Shown in pieces: positions 29,438 through 39,984 of a DNA stretch of 64,000 nucleotides. The notes below the pieces were generated by a model, which saw only the letters and a list, made by a program, of their open reading frames with translations, did no database searches and had not been told where the DNA came from. This DNA is from Candidatus Aminicenantes bacterium (GTDB taxonomy: Bacteria; Acidobacteriota; Aminicenantia; Aminicenantales; JAFGBC01): contig OY969696.1 in NCBI GenBank assembly GCA_963702005.1, positions 3,008,001 through 3,072,000 on the forward strand, read 5' to 3'. Numbering within the stretch: position 1 is the first letter of the stretch; each line of letters begins with the position of its first letter. The translations under genes and the position numbers were made by a program.

Positions 29438-30439
29438 TCAGCGGATGCCGAAGTGAAAGGGCGTCCGCTCCTCGCTCCGATCCGTGGCCGGGGGCGGCTC
29501 GGGCGAGAGGGCCGAGATCTCGGCCCGGAGCTCAGGCGTCATCGGGATGTCGACGGAGGCGACCGAGCTCCGGAGCTGCTCGATGTTCCGCGCCCCGATG
29601 ATGGGCGCCGTGACGGCCGGGTTGCTTCCGACCCAGGCTACGGCTAGGCTCGCAGGGTCGAACCCGCGCGACCGGGCGAGCTCGACGAAGCGGTCCGCGA
29701 TCTCATAATTCATATTATCGCCGTATCGCGTGACATAAATCTTGTTGCTCACCAGGCGCCCCGCGGCGGGCTTCTTCCCCACCCCATACTTCCCGGCCAG
29801 GAGGCCGCCGCCGAGCGGGCTGTAGGGAATGACGGCCAATCCTTCGGCCTGGGCCATGGGAAAGATCTCCGTTTCGGCCTGGCGTTTGACGAGGTTGTAC
29901 ATGGGCTGGAGGCAGGCGAAAGCCTCCAGGCCCTCCCGCCCGGAGATCCCCAGCGCCTTTTCGACCTGCCAGGCGGCGAAGTTGCTCGCCCCCGTATAAA
30001 GGATTTTTCCCTGGCGGAGGAGGTCGTCCAGGGCCCGAAGCGTTTCCTCGAGCGGGGTTGCGTCGTCGAAGCGATGGATGAAGTAGAGGTCGATCCGGTC
30101 GGTCGCCAACCGGCGCAGGCTTCCCTCGACGGCGTACATGATATGGCGGCGCGAAGCCCCCATGGCGTTCGGGTCCTGGCCCGCCGCGAAATAGACCTTG
30201 CTGGTGATGACGACTTCCTCGCGGCAGTCCTTGATGAGCCTGCCCAGGATCTCCTCGGACTTCCCTCCGGCGTAGACGTCGGCGCAGTCGAAAAAGTTGA
30301 TCCCCTTGTCGCGGCAGTACTTGAAGAGCTCGGCCGAAACCGACTCGTCGGCGTCCCCGCCGAACGACATCGTGCCGAAACAGAGGGCCGAGACCTTGAC
30401 GCCCGTCCTGCCCAGGAATTGATAGTTCATACCGATCAT
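29438..30439 (-). CDS. Aldo/keto reductase
   Basis: LGRTGVKVSALCFGTM, DCADVY, IDLYFIH, YSPLGGG, IIGAR. Confidence 0.95.
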   Translation of the reverse strand: MIGMNYQFLGRTGVKVSALCFGTMSFGGDADESVSAELFKYCRDKGINFFDCADVYAGGKSEEILGRLIKDCREEVVITSKVYFAAGQDPNAMGASRRHIMYAVEGSLRRLATDRIDLYFIHRFDDATPLEETLRALDDLLRQGKILYTGASNFAAWQVEKALGISGREGLEAFACLQPMYNLVKRQAETEIFPMAQAEGLAVIPYSPLGGGLLAGKYGVGKKPAAGRLVSNKIYVTRYGDNMNYEIADRFVELARSRGFDPASLAVAWVGSNPAVTAPIIGARNIEQLRSSVASVDIPMTPELRAEISALSPEPPPATDRSEERTPFHFGIR

Positions 30440-30667
30440 TTTATCCGCATCGTTGCGGAGAAAAAAGTGTATTAATTAACTATTTTATTATCATTTAATT
30501 ACAGCAGCCAAGCCGCTGGAAAAACTTGATTTCGGGCGGCTTTTCCTGTATATTAAGCGCTCCTTTTCGGGTTATTCAGCCGCCAAGAGCCAAACCCACC
30601 GACGCTCATTCCGTTGGCATCCTTCATAAGCCCATCCGAAAAGACAATAAACTAGGGATATTTATCC

Positions 30668-32758
30668 ATGACAAGCGACATCGCGACCATGCGCAATATC
30701 GGTATCAGCGCCCACATCGATTCGGGTAAAACGACGCTGACCGAGCGGATCCTATTTTACTGCAAGAAGATCCACCGCATCCACGAGGTCAAGGGCAAGG
30801 ACGGGGTGGGCGCGACCATGGATCACATGGAGCTCGAGCGCGAGCGCGGGATCACGATCACCTTGGCCGCGACCTACGTGGCTTGGGCCGATCATTCCAT
30901 CAACATCATCGACACCCCCGGCCACGTCGACTTCACGATCGAGGTCGAGCGATCCCTCCGTGTCCTCGACGGGGCCGTCCTCGTCCTTTGTTCGGTCGGA
31001 GGCGTCCAGTCCCAGACGATCACGGTCGACCGCCAGCTTAAACGCTACGACGTCCCCCGGATCGCCTTTATCAACAAGTTAGACAGGGTCGGCGCCAACC
31101 CGGTCAAAGTCAAGGAGCAGCTCGTCGAGAAACTCGGCCACAACGCCGTCCTGATGCAGATCCCGATCGGGCTCGAGGACCGGCACAAGGGCGTCGTCGA
31201 CCTCATCTCCCGGAAGGCCTTCTACTTCGACGGCGCCGACGGCGAAATCGTCCGGGTCGAGGATATCCCGGCCGAACTCGCCGCCGAAGCCAAGGCCCGC
31301 CGCGAGGAGCTGATCGACGCCGTGTCGATGTTCTCGGACCGCCTGCTCGAGGCCGCGCTCGAAAACCGGATCACGGACGACCTCATCCACGAGGCCGTCC
31401 GCAAGGGGACGGTCGTCCGCAAGCTGACGCCCGTCTTCATGGGCTCCGCCTACAAAAACAAGGGCGTCCAGCCGCTCCTCGACGGCATCGTCCGCTACCT
31501 CCCCAGCCCGGCCGACGTCGAGAACTGGGCCCACGACAAGGAGGAAGAGGGACGGAAGGTCCCCCTGCGGACCGACGACGGCGCCCCGACGGTCGCCCTC
31601 GCCTTTAAGCTCGAGGACGGCCCCTACGGCCAGCTGACCTACATCCGGATCTACCAGGGCCATCTCGAGAAGGGCGACGAGATCGTCAACACCCGCTCCG
31701 GGCAGAAGGTCAAGGTCGGGCGCCTGGTCCGGATGCACGCCGAGAGCATGGAGGATATCCCGAGAGCCGGAGCGGGCGATATCGTCGCCCTGTTCGGAAT
31801 CGACTGCGCCTCGGGAGACACCTTCGCCGCACCCGGCTTAGACCTGGTCATGACCTCGATCTATGTTCCCGAGCCCGTCATCTCGCTGGCCATCACGCCC
31901 GTCGATAAAAAGGCCCAGGACCGGATCGCCAAAGCCCTCAATCGCTTTACGAAGGAGGACCCGACCTTCCGGACCCACGTCGATCCCGAGTCGCACCAGA
32001 CCATCATCCAGGGCATGGGCGAGCTCCACCTCGACATCTACGTCGAGCGAATGAAGCGCGAGTACAAGGCCGAGGTTTCGACCGGGATGCCCCAGGTCGC
32101 CTACCGGGAAACCATCGCCCAGCGCGTCGAGTTCGACTACACGCATAAAAAGCAGACCGGAGGCGCGGGCCAGTACGCCCGGGTCATCGGCGCCCTCGCA
32201 CCGCTCCCGGGCGGCTCGTTCGAGTTCGTCAACGAGGTCAAGGGCGGCCGCATCCCCAGGGAATTCATCCCCGCCTGCCAGAAGGGATTCCAGGCCGTGC
32301 TCCGCAAGGGCGAGCTGACAGGGTTCCCGGTCGTCGGCGTCAAGGTCGTCCTGACCGACGGAGCGGCCCACGAGGTCGATTCCTCGGACATGGCTTTCCA
32401 AGCGGCGGCCCAGGGCGCATTCCGCGAAGTCTACCGGAGAGCCAAACCCCAGATTCTGGAGCCGATCATGAAGGTCTCGGTCGAGGGCCCGTCCGAATTC
32501 GCCGGGAGCGTTTTTGCCTCGATCAACCAGCGCCGGGGCATCATCGTCAGCTCGGTCGAGGACGGCCTGTTCGCCCGGGTCGATGCCGAGGTCCCCCTCA
32601 GCGAGATGTTCGGCTACGCGACGGCCCTCCGCTCCCTGACTCAGGGCAAGGCGGAGTTCACCATGGAGTTCCTCAAGTACGGGAGGGTCCCGGCCGCCAA
32701 GGCCGAGGAGCTCGTCGCCCAGTACGAGGAGAAGAGGCGCCAGGGCACCTCGAAGTAG
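30668..32758 (+). CDS. fusA: Elongation factor G
   Basis: [37 protein letters not shown]. Confidence 0.96.
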   Translation: MTSDIATMRNIGISAHIDSGKTTLTERILFYCKKIHRIHEVKGKDGVGATMDHMELERERGITITLAATYVAWADHSINIIDTPGHVDFTIEVERSLRVLDGAVLVLCSVGGVQSQTITVDRQLKRYDVPRIAFINKLDRVGANPVKVKEQLVEKLGHNAVLMQIPIGLEDRHKGVVDLISRKAFYFDGADGEIVRVEDIPAELAAEAKARREELIDAVSMFSDRLLEAALENRITDDLIHEAVRKGTVVRKLTPVFMGSAYKNKGVQPLLDGIVRYLPSPADVENWAHDKEEEGRKVPLRTDDGAPTVALAFKLEDGPYGQLTYIRIYQGHLEKGDEIVNTRSGQKVKVGRLVRMHAESMEDIPRAGAGDIVALFGIDCASGDTFAAPGLDLVMTSIYVPEPVISLAITPVDKKAQDRIAKALNRFTKEDPTFRTHVDPESHQTIIQGMGELHLDIYVERMKREYKAEVSTGMPQVAYRETIAQRVEFDYTHKKQTGGAGQYARVIGALAPLPGGSFEFVNEVKGGRIPREFIPACQKGFQAVLRKGELTGFPVVGVKVVLTDGAAHEVDSSDMAFQAAAQGAFREVYRRAKPQILEPIMKVSVEGPSEFAGSVFASINQRRGIIVSSVEDGLFARVDAEVPLSEMFGYATALRSLTQGKAEFTMEFLKYGRVPAAKAEELVAQYEEKRRQGTSK

Positions 32759-32788
32759 GCCGAACGATGGGAACGAGGAGATGACGAC

Positions 32789-33490
32789 ATGACGGTTCAA
32801 ACCGAATTCGCGCGGAGAAGCCCGATCCGGGACATGGAACGGCACATCCACGGCGGCCTGGGCAAGGGGAACCTCGGGGTCCTGGCCTCTCCCAAGGGCG
32901 TCGGAAAGACGGCCTGCCTCGTCCACATCGCGACGGACAAGCTCTTCCAGGACAAGCCCGTCATCCACGTCTCCTACGCGAGCCGGATCGACTACATCAT
33001 CACCTGGTACGAGGACATCTTCCGGGAGATCGCCGGCGCCCTGGCGGCCGAGCCGCCGCTCGAAGTCCACGACGAGGTCGTCAAGAACCGCGTCATCATG
33101 AACTTCAAACAGGAAGGGACGCGGACGGAACAGGTCCTCAAGAGCTTGGAGGCCATGATCACGATGGGGCGCTTCGCGGCGGACACGGTCATCGTCGACG
33201 GCTACGACTTCTCGCTGTCGCGGCCCGAGGACCTCCTCAAATTCCGGGAGTTCGCGGGACGGCTCAGCCTCGAGATCTGGTTTTCGGCGTCGCTCCGGGG
33301 CGACGGCCCCCTCTGGGACGATACCGGGACGCCCTTCCTCCTCAAGGATTTCCTGCCCGCGATCGACGTCCTGATCACCCTCCACGCCGAGCCCGATCAC
33401 GTCCGGCTTCGCGTCGTCAAGGACCGCGCTTATCCCGCCGCCGGGAACCTCCCCCTCAAGCTCGATCCCAAAACGCTGCTCATCGCCTGA
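32789..33490 (+). CDS. RecA/KaiC/DnaB-like P-loop ATPase domain protein
   Basis: GGLGKGNLGVLASPKGVGKT Walker A; VIVDG Walker B-like; LRVVKDR. Confidence 0.78.
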   Translation: MTVQTEFARRSPIRDMERHIHGGLGKGNLGVLASPKGVGKTACLVHIATDKLFQDKPVIHVSYASRIDYIITWYEDIFREIAGALAAEPPLEVHDEVVKNRVIMNFKQEGTRTEQVLKSLEAMITMGRFAADTVIVDGYDFSLSRPEDLLKFREFAGRLSLEIWFSASLRGDGPLWDDTGTPFLLKDFLPAIDVLITLHAEPDHVRLRVVKDRAYPAAGNLPLKLDPKTLLIA

Positions 33491-33643
33491 GATCGAGCGT
33501 CGGCCTCCTCCCCTCCTCTCGAATTTCGATAGGAGACCCGGGTCCCGCCCCGGGAATCCGTCCCTCATCTTTCGGCGCCATCATTGAGTCAACCGGGAGA
33601 TTCGGCTATGATAGCTTCCGGTCAACCCAGAAAGAGGGACGGG

Positions 33644-34798
33644 ATGAACGTATCAAAGAACGCAGGGCTGTTTCGCCAGACCAGCCTATCTATCATGATG
33701 GCGGCAATCACCGTTTCTTCTTTGGCCGGACAAATCATTGAGAATCCTAAAAAGCCGCCCAGCCCGAACGCGGGGCGCATCGTTGCGCTCAAAGAGGTCC
33801 AGCGGATCGGGGACGAATCCGGAAAATTTTTCTTCGTAGATCCTTTCGGAGTATTCGCCGGCCCGGACGGCTCCGTTTACGTCCAGGAATATAAGCAGTT
33901 TTTGAAGTTTGACGCCCGAGGGCGATACGTCGGGAACCTTCTCAAGAAGGGAGAAGGGCCAGGAGAAATCAACGATAATCTGACGGACGTCATTGTCGGG
34001 GACAACGACATCCTGCTCTATTCTTCGAATAGTCTCAAGCTCGTCCGGATCAGCCCGGACGGCCGCCTGCTCGATGACAGAAGGTTCGGCCAAGGCCAAT
34101 TCGGAAACTTGCTGGGGTTCCGGAACGGCCGCTATTTTTTTCTTCGCTGGGAGATCGGGGAGACCCCCCGAATCAACGGAATCGCCGAGACCAACTACCG
34201 CCTCATCATCGTCCCGGAATCGGGCGATATCATCCCGACCCCGGTCTTGATGCCCATGACCGTCGCGAGAGAATTCGGCCCAAGACGCGGGAGCATATCG
34301 AGCATTTCCCGGCTGACCCTGGTCCGGGCGGACGACCGCTTCGTAGCCCTCTTCCATTCCCCGGACTATCTCATCAAGCTGCTCGACCTCGAAAGCGGGG
34401 AGATCGTCCGGAGCTTCCGAAGGGACTATGACCGTGTCCGATATGACTACAAGCCGCCTAAGGATTATCCCGGTGAACTCATTCCGAAATATCACAACGA
34501 CCTCTGCCGTCTCCTCTGGAGAAACGACCGCCTTTGGGCTGTGACCTCGACGTTCGACGCGAAAAAGGGGATCCTGGTCGATGTCTTCAGCCGAGACGGG
34601 AAGTACCTGGACAATTTCTACTTGCCGCTCTTCAAGATCCGGAAGAACAACCCCCAGTACTACGCTCCGATGGCCGTCCACGGGGATTCGCTCTACCTCC
34701 TCGAAGCCGACGAAAACGACCTCATCTCTCTCATCAAGTACGAAATCAGCGAAGAAACGGATTCGGGTTTCCCCTCCGCCGAAATGACGAAGCGCTGA
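33644..34798 (+). CDS. Secreted 6-bladed beta-propeller protein
   Basis: IIENPKKP...RIGDE, KKGEGPGE, DVFSRDGKYLDNFYL. Confidence 0.8.
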   Translation: MNVSKNAGLFRQTSLSIMMAAITVSSLAGQIIENPKKPPSPNAGRIVALKEVQRIGDESGKFFFVDPFGVFAGPDGSVYVQEYKQFLKFDARGRYVGNLLKKGEGPGEINDNLTDVIVGDNDILLYSSNSLKLVRISPDGRLLDDRRFGQGQFGNLLGFRNGRYFFLRWEIGETPRINGIAETNYRLIIVPESGDIIPTPVLMPMTVAREFGPRRGSISSISRLTLVRADDRFVALFHSPDYLIKLLDLESGEIVRSFRRDYDRVRYDYKPPKDYPGELIPKYHNDLCRLLWRNDRLWAVTSTFDAKKGILVDVFSRDGKYLDNFYLPLFKIRKNNPQYYAPMAVHGDSLYLLEADENDLISLIKYEISEETDSGFPSAEMTKR

Positions 34799-34813
34799 TT
34801 GAATTGAATTGAG

Positions 34814-36820
34814 GTGGCCATGACGAACAATCGTTTCCCCATTGCCTTCTCTCTGGCCTTGGGTCTTTTCGTCGCCGCGATTTCCTCGGGCTTGCGCTCC
34901 GAACCCGAGGGAGCGGTCACCGGATGGAAGGCGGTCGGACCGGACGGCGCCGATATCCTGGCCCTGGCCGAGAATCCCTCTGACCCGAGCGAAGTCTATG
35001 CGCTTGCCACCACGAACTATGGCCAGGTTTTCCGATCTCTGAACGGCGGAGCGAGCTGGAGACGGACGGCCTGGATCAACGATTTTATCTATGACCTGGC
35101 TTGCGACCCCCGGAATCCAACGAACATCTACGTGCTGTGGTTGTTCGGCGTCTATAAATCGACCGATAAGGGACTCACCTGGACCAAATATACGTTTCAG
35201 ACCCCCCATTATTCGTACGGCCGCATCGCGGTCTCTCCCAAAAATTCGAGCGTCGTTTATGCGACAGGAACGTACGTCACGGACGAGTATTCTTGGAAAA
35301 CCTGCATGGCTCTCTTTAAATCCAACACCGGCGGCCGGACCTGGTCCTTTAAGCTCATCACCCCCAACTCCACCCAGGGTCAGGCGCGCGCCCTGGCCGT
35401 CGACCCCGGCCAGCCCAACACCCTCTACGTCGGAGGCTGGTACACGACCGATGTCAATCGGCAAGGACTGTTCAAAAGCACGGACGGAGGGACGACTTGG
35501 ACCGAGATAACCGGCACGATCGGCGAAGAGCCCAAGGCCATCGTCATCGATCCTTCGAATACGTGCCGCCTCTATGTCGGGACGACCGCCGGCGTCTACG
35601 GTTCCTCGGACGGCGGGCTGACCTGGATTAAGGGCAAGAAAATCGGGGCCGCGACCGTCCTGGCCGTCGAGCCCTCCGATCCTCAAGTTCTCTACGCCGG
35701 GAACGGATCGACGATCTACCGCTCCGCCGATCGCGGGGCGAACTGGACCGCGCTCCACGCCACGGTCTACGGGTCGCTGTCCTGTTTCTCGCTGTCATCC
35801 GGGCGAATGTTCTACGGGTCCAGCGGGGGGATCTATCAGAGCACGGACAAAGCCGCGACTTGGACCTCGAGCTATAAGGGAATCAAGGCCGCCAAGATGG
35901 GACCGCTGGTCGAATCGAAGGCCGCGCCGGGAACCCTGTTCGCCCTCGTCCCTTCGCTCGGGATCCTGAAGAGCCCGGACCTAGGCGCGAGCTGGGCCAA
36001 ACTCCCCGATTTCGAGCGGGGCCAAGGCGTCACCCGGATCGCCCTTCATCCCACGAACCCGAAGATCATCTACGCCCTGGCGGGCGGACCGCTTCTATCG
36101 GCGAACTCGAAAGCGGACCCGTCGCCCTCCGTTTACAAAACCCTCAACGGAGGGACGTCCTGGAGCAAGGTTTTGACTGGGATGTTGGCCGATGTGGAGC
36201 TGAGCCAGAAAAATCCAAGCCGGGTCTTCGCGGCCGGAAAGGCCGTGTCCGGGTCGAGCGACGTCATGGCCTTGTTCGCGTCCGTGAACGGAGGGAAGAC
36301 CTGGACGACGCATACGGTCTTTCCCTACGCCAACACCCATGTCTATGATCTCGCGGTCGACCCCACGAACGACAAGATCATCTATATCGGGGGGGATCAG
36401 GGCATCTACACGAAGCTCTTCTTAAAATCCACGGACGGCGGCGCGAGCTGGATCGACCTGTCGTCGGGCTTGCCCGGCATCCCCGTCGGGACTTTGGTCT
36501 TCGACCCCGCGAACTCCCGGCGGCTCTACAACGTCCACTCGGCCGGAACCTATCGCAGCGATGACGGCGGCGTCTCCTGGACGCGGCTCCTCATCCACAA
36601 TTTCCAGGCCGAGGCGATGGTCATCGACCCGTCCTCTCCGAGCACCCTCTGGGCCGGGGGCTATTTGGGCGTCCGGATGAGCGTCGACTCCGGACTGACC
36701 TGGTCGGATATCACCGGGAACCTGCCCCTGAAATACATCCCCAGCCTCGCCTTGGATGCGAAGAACAGGATTCTCTTCGCCGGCACCTACGGCGCCAGCG
36801 TCTACAAGAAAGCGCTTTGA
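34814..36820 (+). CDS. Secreted BNR/Asp-box repeat beta-propeller protein (paralog of 24094..26103)
   Basis: Repeated STDGGxxW; ends LFAGTYGASVYKKAL. Confidence 0.88.
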   Translation: MAMTNNRFPIAFSLALGLFVAAISSGLRSEPEGAVTGWKAVGPDGADILALAENPSDPSEVYALATTNYGQVFRSLNGGASWRRTAWINDFIYDLACDPRNPTNIYVLWLFGVYKSTDKGLTWTKYTFQTPHYSYGRIAVSPKNSSVVYATGTYVTDEYSWKTCMALFKSNTGGRTWSFKLITPNSTQGQARALAVDPGQPNTLYVGGWYTTDVNRQGLFKSTDGGTTWTEITGTIGEEPKAIVIDPSNTCRLYVGTTAGVYGSSDGGLTWIKGKKIGAATVLAVEPSDPQVLYAGNGSTIYRSADRGANWTALHATVYGSLSCFSLSSGRMFYGSSGGIYQSTDKAATWTSSYKGIKAAKMGPLVESKAAPGTLFALVPSLGILKSPDLGASWAKLPDFERGQGVTRIALHPTNPKIIYALAGGPLLSANSKADPSPSVYKTLNGGTSWSKVLTGMLADVELSQKNPSRVFAAGKAVSGSSDVMALFASVNGGKTWTTHTVFPYANTHVYDLAVDPTNDKIIYIGGDQGIYTKLFLKSTDGGASWIDLSSGLPGIPVGTLVFDPANSRRLYNVHSAGTYRSDDGGVSWTRLLIHNFQAEAMVIDPSSPSTLWAGGYLGVRMSVDSGLTWSDITGNLPLKYIPSLALDAKNRILFAGTYGASVYKKAL

Positions 36821-36920
36821 GGCGTCTCCTGCCCCCTACCGTCCGGCCGACGCCTTGACAGGGATTCGCATCTCGTCCTAAGATCACTCTGTTACCCCGA
36901 ACGCTTAGGATGGAGGGATC

Positions 36921-37274
36921 ATGGCCAAAATACAAGCCTACTGCGGGCTTGATTGCGGAGAATGCGAAGCGTACATCGCGACTCAGAAGAACGACCGGGC
37001 CGGACTCGAAGCGGCCGCGAAAAAATGGACCGAGCAGTTCGGCGCTAAAGGCATCAGCGCGGATATGTGCGTCTGTGACGGGTGCCCGTCGGGCAAAAGA
37101 ATCAGCACGGCCCACGCCAAAAAATGCGGCCTCCGACTCTGCGCGTCCGCGCGCGGAGTTACGACTTGCGCTCATTGCCAGGACTACGGCTGCGAAACGC
37201 TGAAAGGATTCTTAGCGTTCGCGCCGGTCCTCAAGGAGAAACTGGAGGCGATCAGAAAAGAGCTCGGGAAATAA
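36921..37274 (+). CDS. DUF3795-like Cys-rich protein
   Basis: AYCGLDCGEC, CDGC, TCAHCQDYGC; TTGACA-N18-TAAGAT upstream. Confidence 0.85.
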   Translation: MAKIQAYCGLDCGECEAYIATQKNDRAGLEAAAKKWTEQFGAKGISADMCVCDGCPSGKRISTAHAKKCGLRLCASARGVTTCAHCQDYGCETLKGFLAFAPVLKEKLEAIRKELGK

Positions 37275-37299
37275 GCCGAAACGAATCCGCGGGCTGTTG

Positions 37300-39048
37300 T
37301 CAGCGGACGAGCGACAGACCGTGGCCGGCCGGGAACCCCGGAAGCGAAACGGGCAATTTTCCCTTGGCATCCGACTCCCCGAACAGAATCCGGGCGGCGA
37401 TGGGCTGCGTCTGCGGCGTATTGCGGTACATGCAGAGGTAAGCGGCCGTTTCCGGGAAATGCCTCAGGAAGTAGGGGCTCCCGAATGAGACGACGACGGC
37501 CGGTTTCCCCGCCCCGATCCACTTCTGGATGAGGGTGATATGTTTGGGCTCGAGGTCGACGGTCCCCTTCCCGGCACCGAGCCTGGAAAAGAGGGCGAAC
37601 ACGGCGATGTCCGCATCCTGGGCTCGGGCCAGATCGATCGTGAGCGAATCCCAGCCCGTATCGGCGTCGGCCAAGAAAACCTGAGCGCCGGGGCGCCTCT
37701 TGACGACCTCGGTCGCGAACGGCCGTCCCGCGTAATAATCGCCCGGGTCGCTGCTCAACGCGAAGACGGCGAGTTTCTTGTCGGGAGCGAGAGGCAGAAC
37801 GGCCCCCTCGTTCTTGACGAGGGTCGCGGCGCTCTCGAAGGCCTGCCAGGCCCGGTCGAGTGACGCCTTGGGGGCGATGACGCGCGGCAAGGCCTCGACG
37901 TCAACGAAGCGGTTCTTGAACAGGCCGAGCTTGGCCTTGACCGTCAGGATTCTCCGGACCGAATCGTCGATCCGCGCCCGCGGGATTTTTCCGGCCCGGG
38001 CGGCCTCGATCAGCGACGCGACGGCCTTGGCGGGCTCGGGCGGAAGAAGGAGGATATCGACGCCCGCCAGGAGCGCCCTGAGGGAGGCGTCCTCGGTCGA
38101 GAAGCTGCTTGTAACCCCCGCCATTTCCAGGGCGTCGGTCACGATCAGCCCCTTGAATCCGAGCTCCTTGCGGAGGACCCCGGTCAGGATGGGTTCGGAC
38201 AGCGTCGCCGGAAGGTTGGGCGTCGGGTCGAGCGCGGGGACGAACAGATGGGCGGTCATCACCGCGCCGACCCCGGCCGCGATCGCTTCCCGGTAGGGGG
38301 CGAGCTCGACCCGGTCGAGCCGGGACCGGTCGGCGGCGATGGTCGGGAGAAGGCTGTGGGAATCCTGGTCCGTGTCGCCGTGGCCGGGGAAATGCTTGGC
38401 CGTGGCGATCATGCCGTTCTCCTGGCAACCGCGGATAAAGGCCTTGGCCAGCCGCCCCACCAGGGCCGGGTCCTCGCCGATCGCCCGCACGTTGATGATG
38501 GGGTTGTCGGGATTAATGTTGACGTCGACGACGGGCGCGTAAGTCATGTGGATGCCGAAAGCCCGGCCTTCGACCGCCGTGATCTTGCCCATGTCGTAAG
38601 CGAGCTCCTCGGACCCCGCGGCGCCGATGGCCATCAGCGGCGGGAAGAGCGTCGCGCCCGTGACCTGGTTCCCGGTTCCCCGCTCGAAGTCCGAGGCCAT
38701 CAGAAGCGGGAGCTTGGCCAGCTTCTGGAAGTGATTCGTCAGCGAGGCCGTCTCCAAGGCTTCTCCCCCGAACAGAATGAGCCCGCCGATTCGTTGGTTG
38801 ATGATGAGGGATTCGAGGTCCTTGACGGAACTCGCGTCGAGGTTGGTGAATTCGCCCGTGTAGCGGCAGGCCACCATCTGGCCGATTTTGTCCTCGAGCG
38901 TCATGCGGGCCAGGGTCTTCTCCACCCGCTTGGCGTCCACGGGCAGGAAGCCGGCTTTCGTTGTTTTAGCGGCCGGAACACAGCTCATCGCCGACACACC
39001 CAGGCCGATGGTCAGGAGCCGGAGCCAACGAGCGCTTGGCAGCTTCAT
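37300..39048 (-). CDS. GH3 beta-N-acetylhexosaminidase, probable lipoprotein
   Basis: KHFPGHGDTDQDSH, VTDALEM, SFGSPY. Confidence 0.92.
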   Translation of the reverse strand: MKLPSARWLRLLTIGLGVSAMSCVPAAKTTKAGFLPVDAKRVEKTLARMTLEDKIGQMVACRYTGEFTNLDASSVKDLESLIINQRIGGLILFGGEALETASLTNHFQKLAKLPLLMASDFERGTGNQVTGATLFPPLMAIGAAGSEELAYDMGKITAVEGRAFGIHMTYAPVVDVNINPDNPIINVRAIGEDPALVGRLAKAFIRGCQENGMIATAKHFPGHGDTDQDSHSLLPTIAADRSRLDRVELAPYREAIAAGVGAVMTAHLFVPALDPTPNLPATLSEPILTGVLRKELGFKGLIVTDALEMAGVTSSFSTEDASLRALLAGVDILLLPPEPAKAVASLIEAARAGKIPRARIDDSVRRILTVKAKLGLFKNRFVDVEALPRVIAPKASLDRAWQAFESAATLVKNEGAVLPLAPDKKLAVFALSSDPGDYYAGRPFATEVVKRRPGAQVFLADADTGWDSLTIDLARAQDADIAVFALFSRLGAGKGTVDLEPKHITLIQKWIGAGKPAVVVSFGSPYFLRHFPETAAYLCMYRNTPQTQPIAARILFGESDAKGKLPVSLPGFPAGHGLSLVR

Positions 39049-39122
39049 GGAACCTCCTCGTTCCGTTCGGTTCTATCTTCCGGCCTATTGTATCCGATTC
39101 GGGACGGGAGGTGCCACCCTCG

Positions 39123-39174
39123 CTTGCGATTTCTGATTTCGTCGTTCGCCCATACGTATGGAATAAGACTCGGC
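39123..39174. repeat. 52-bp direct repeat, copy A
   Basis: 39/52 ungapped identity with 39858..39909 (hand count). Confidence 0.7.
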
Positions 39175-39222
39175 TTCAGCAATCCCCTTCGCAGGATTCC
39201 ACGGACGTAATTCCGCGGAGCT

Positions 39223-39780
39223 TCAGTAAATAAACGGCAGCAAACGACATGTTCCTCGCTTGTATTCCAGGTAGTCCGATCCAAATTGATCGATCAACGC
39301 TTCTTCTTCGACCTTCATTCGATGAAGCATCGCCAAGCTGACGGATATCACGATGATCCCGAGGCTCATCCAGTTATTGAGCGACAGGCCGAAACCGGCG
39401 AATGATACCAAGGAACCCAAATAGGCCGGATGCCGGATCGTCCGGTAGAGGCCCTTCTTGATGATGACATGTTGATCTCGAATCGTCACATCAACGGTGA
39501 AGAATCTTCCCAAGGTCCATATGGCATAAAACCGGATCGCCATTCCCGTTAGGATCAAGAAGAGGCCCATATAAGGCACCGTCATATGCCGCGAGATCGG
39601 CATACGGGAAAAACGAGAAAAGACAACTCCCAAAGAAACGGCAAGACCGATCGTAATCCAGATAATTCTTATCGATCCTTTATCCCGACCCTTCTGATCG
39701 CCAGGATCGGACCTGAACAATCTATTGAGGGCTATTTCTGAAATGAACCACAAAGACTGAACGATGATAAAAATTCTCAT
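39223..39780 (-). CDS. Isoprenylcysteine carboxyl methyltransferase family membrane protein
   Basis: LGRFFT, GLYRTIRHPAYLG, EEEAL...FG..Y..Y; visibly lower GC. Confidence 0.9.
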   Translation of the reverse strand: MRIFIIVQSLWFISEIALNRLFRSDPGDQKGRDKGSIRIIWITIGLAVSLGVVFSRFSRMPISRHMTVPYMGLFLILTGMAIRFYAIWTLGRFFTVDVTIRDQHVIIKKGLYRTIRHPAYLGSLVSFAGFGLSLNNWMSLGIIVISVSLAMLHRMKVEEEALIDQFGSDYLEYKRGTCRLLPFIY

Positions 39781-39857
39781 AACGAGAATCCGACGTCAGC
39801 GACCTTCACTCATCGATTTTCCTTTTTTTGCCAAAAAACCAGAGGAATAACTCCTCC

Positions 39858-39909
39858 CTTGCGATTTCCGATTTCGACGCCCACCCTCGCAGACAGAATG
39901 AGACTCGGC
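39858..39909. repeat. 52-bp direct repeat, copy B
   Basis: Matches 39123..39174. Confidence 0.7.
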
Positions 39910-39984
39910 CTGGGCGTCCGGAGAAATTGGGGAAATAGATGTCTGTCACCAATTTTGGCATATTTTATTGAAGAGACGGTGCGT

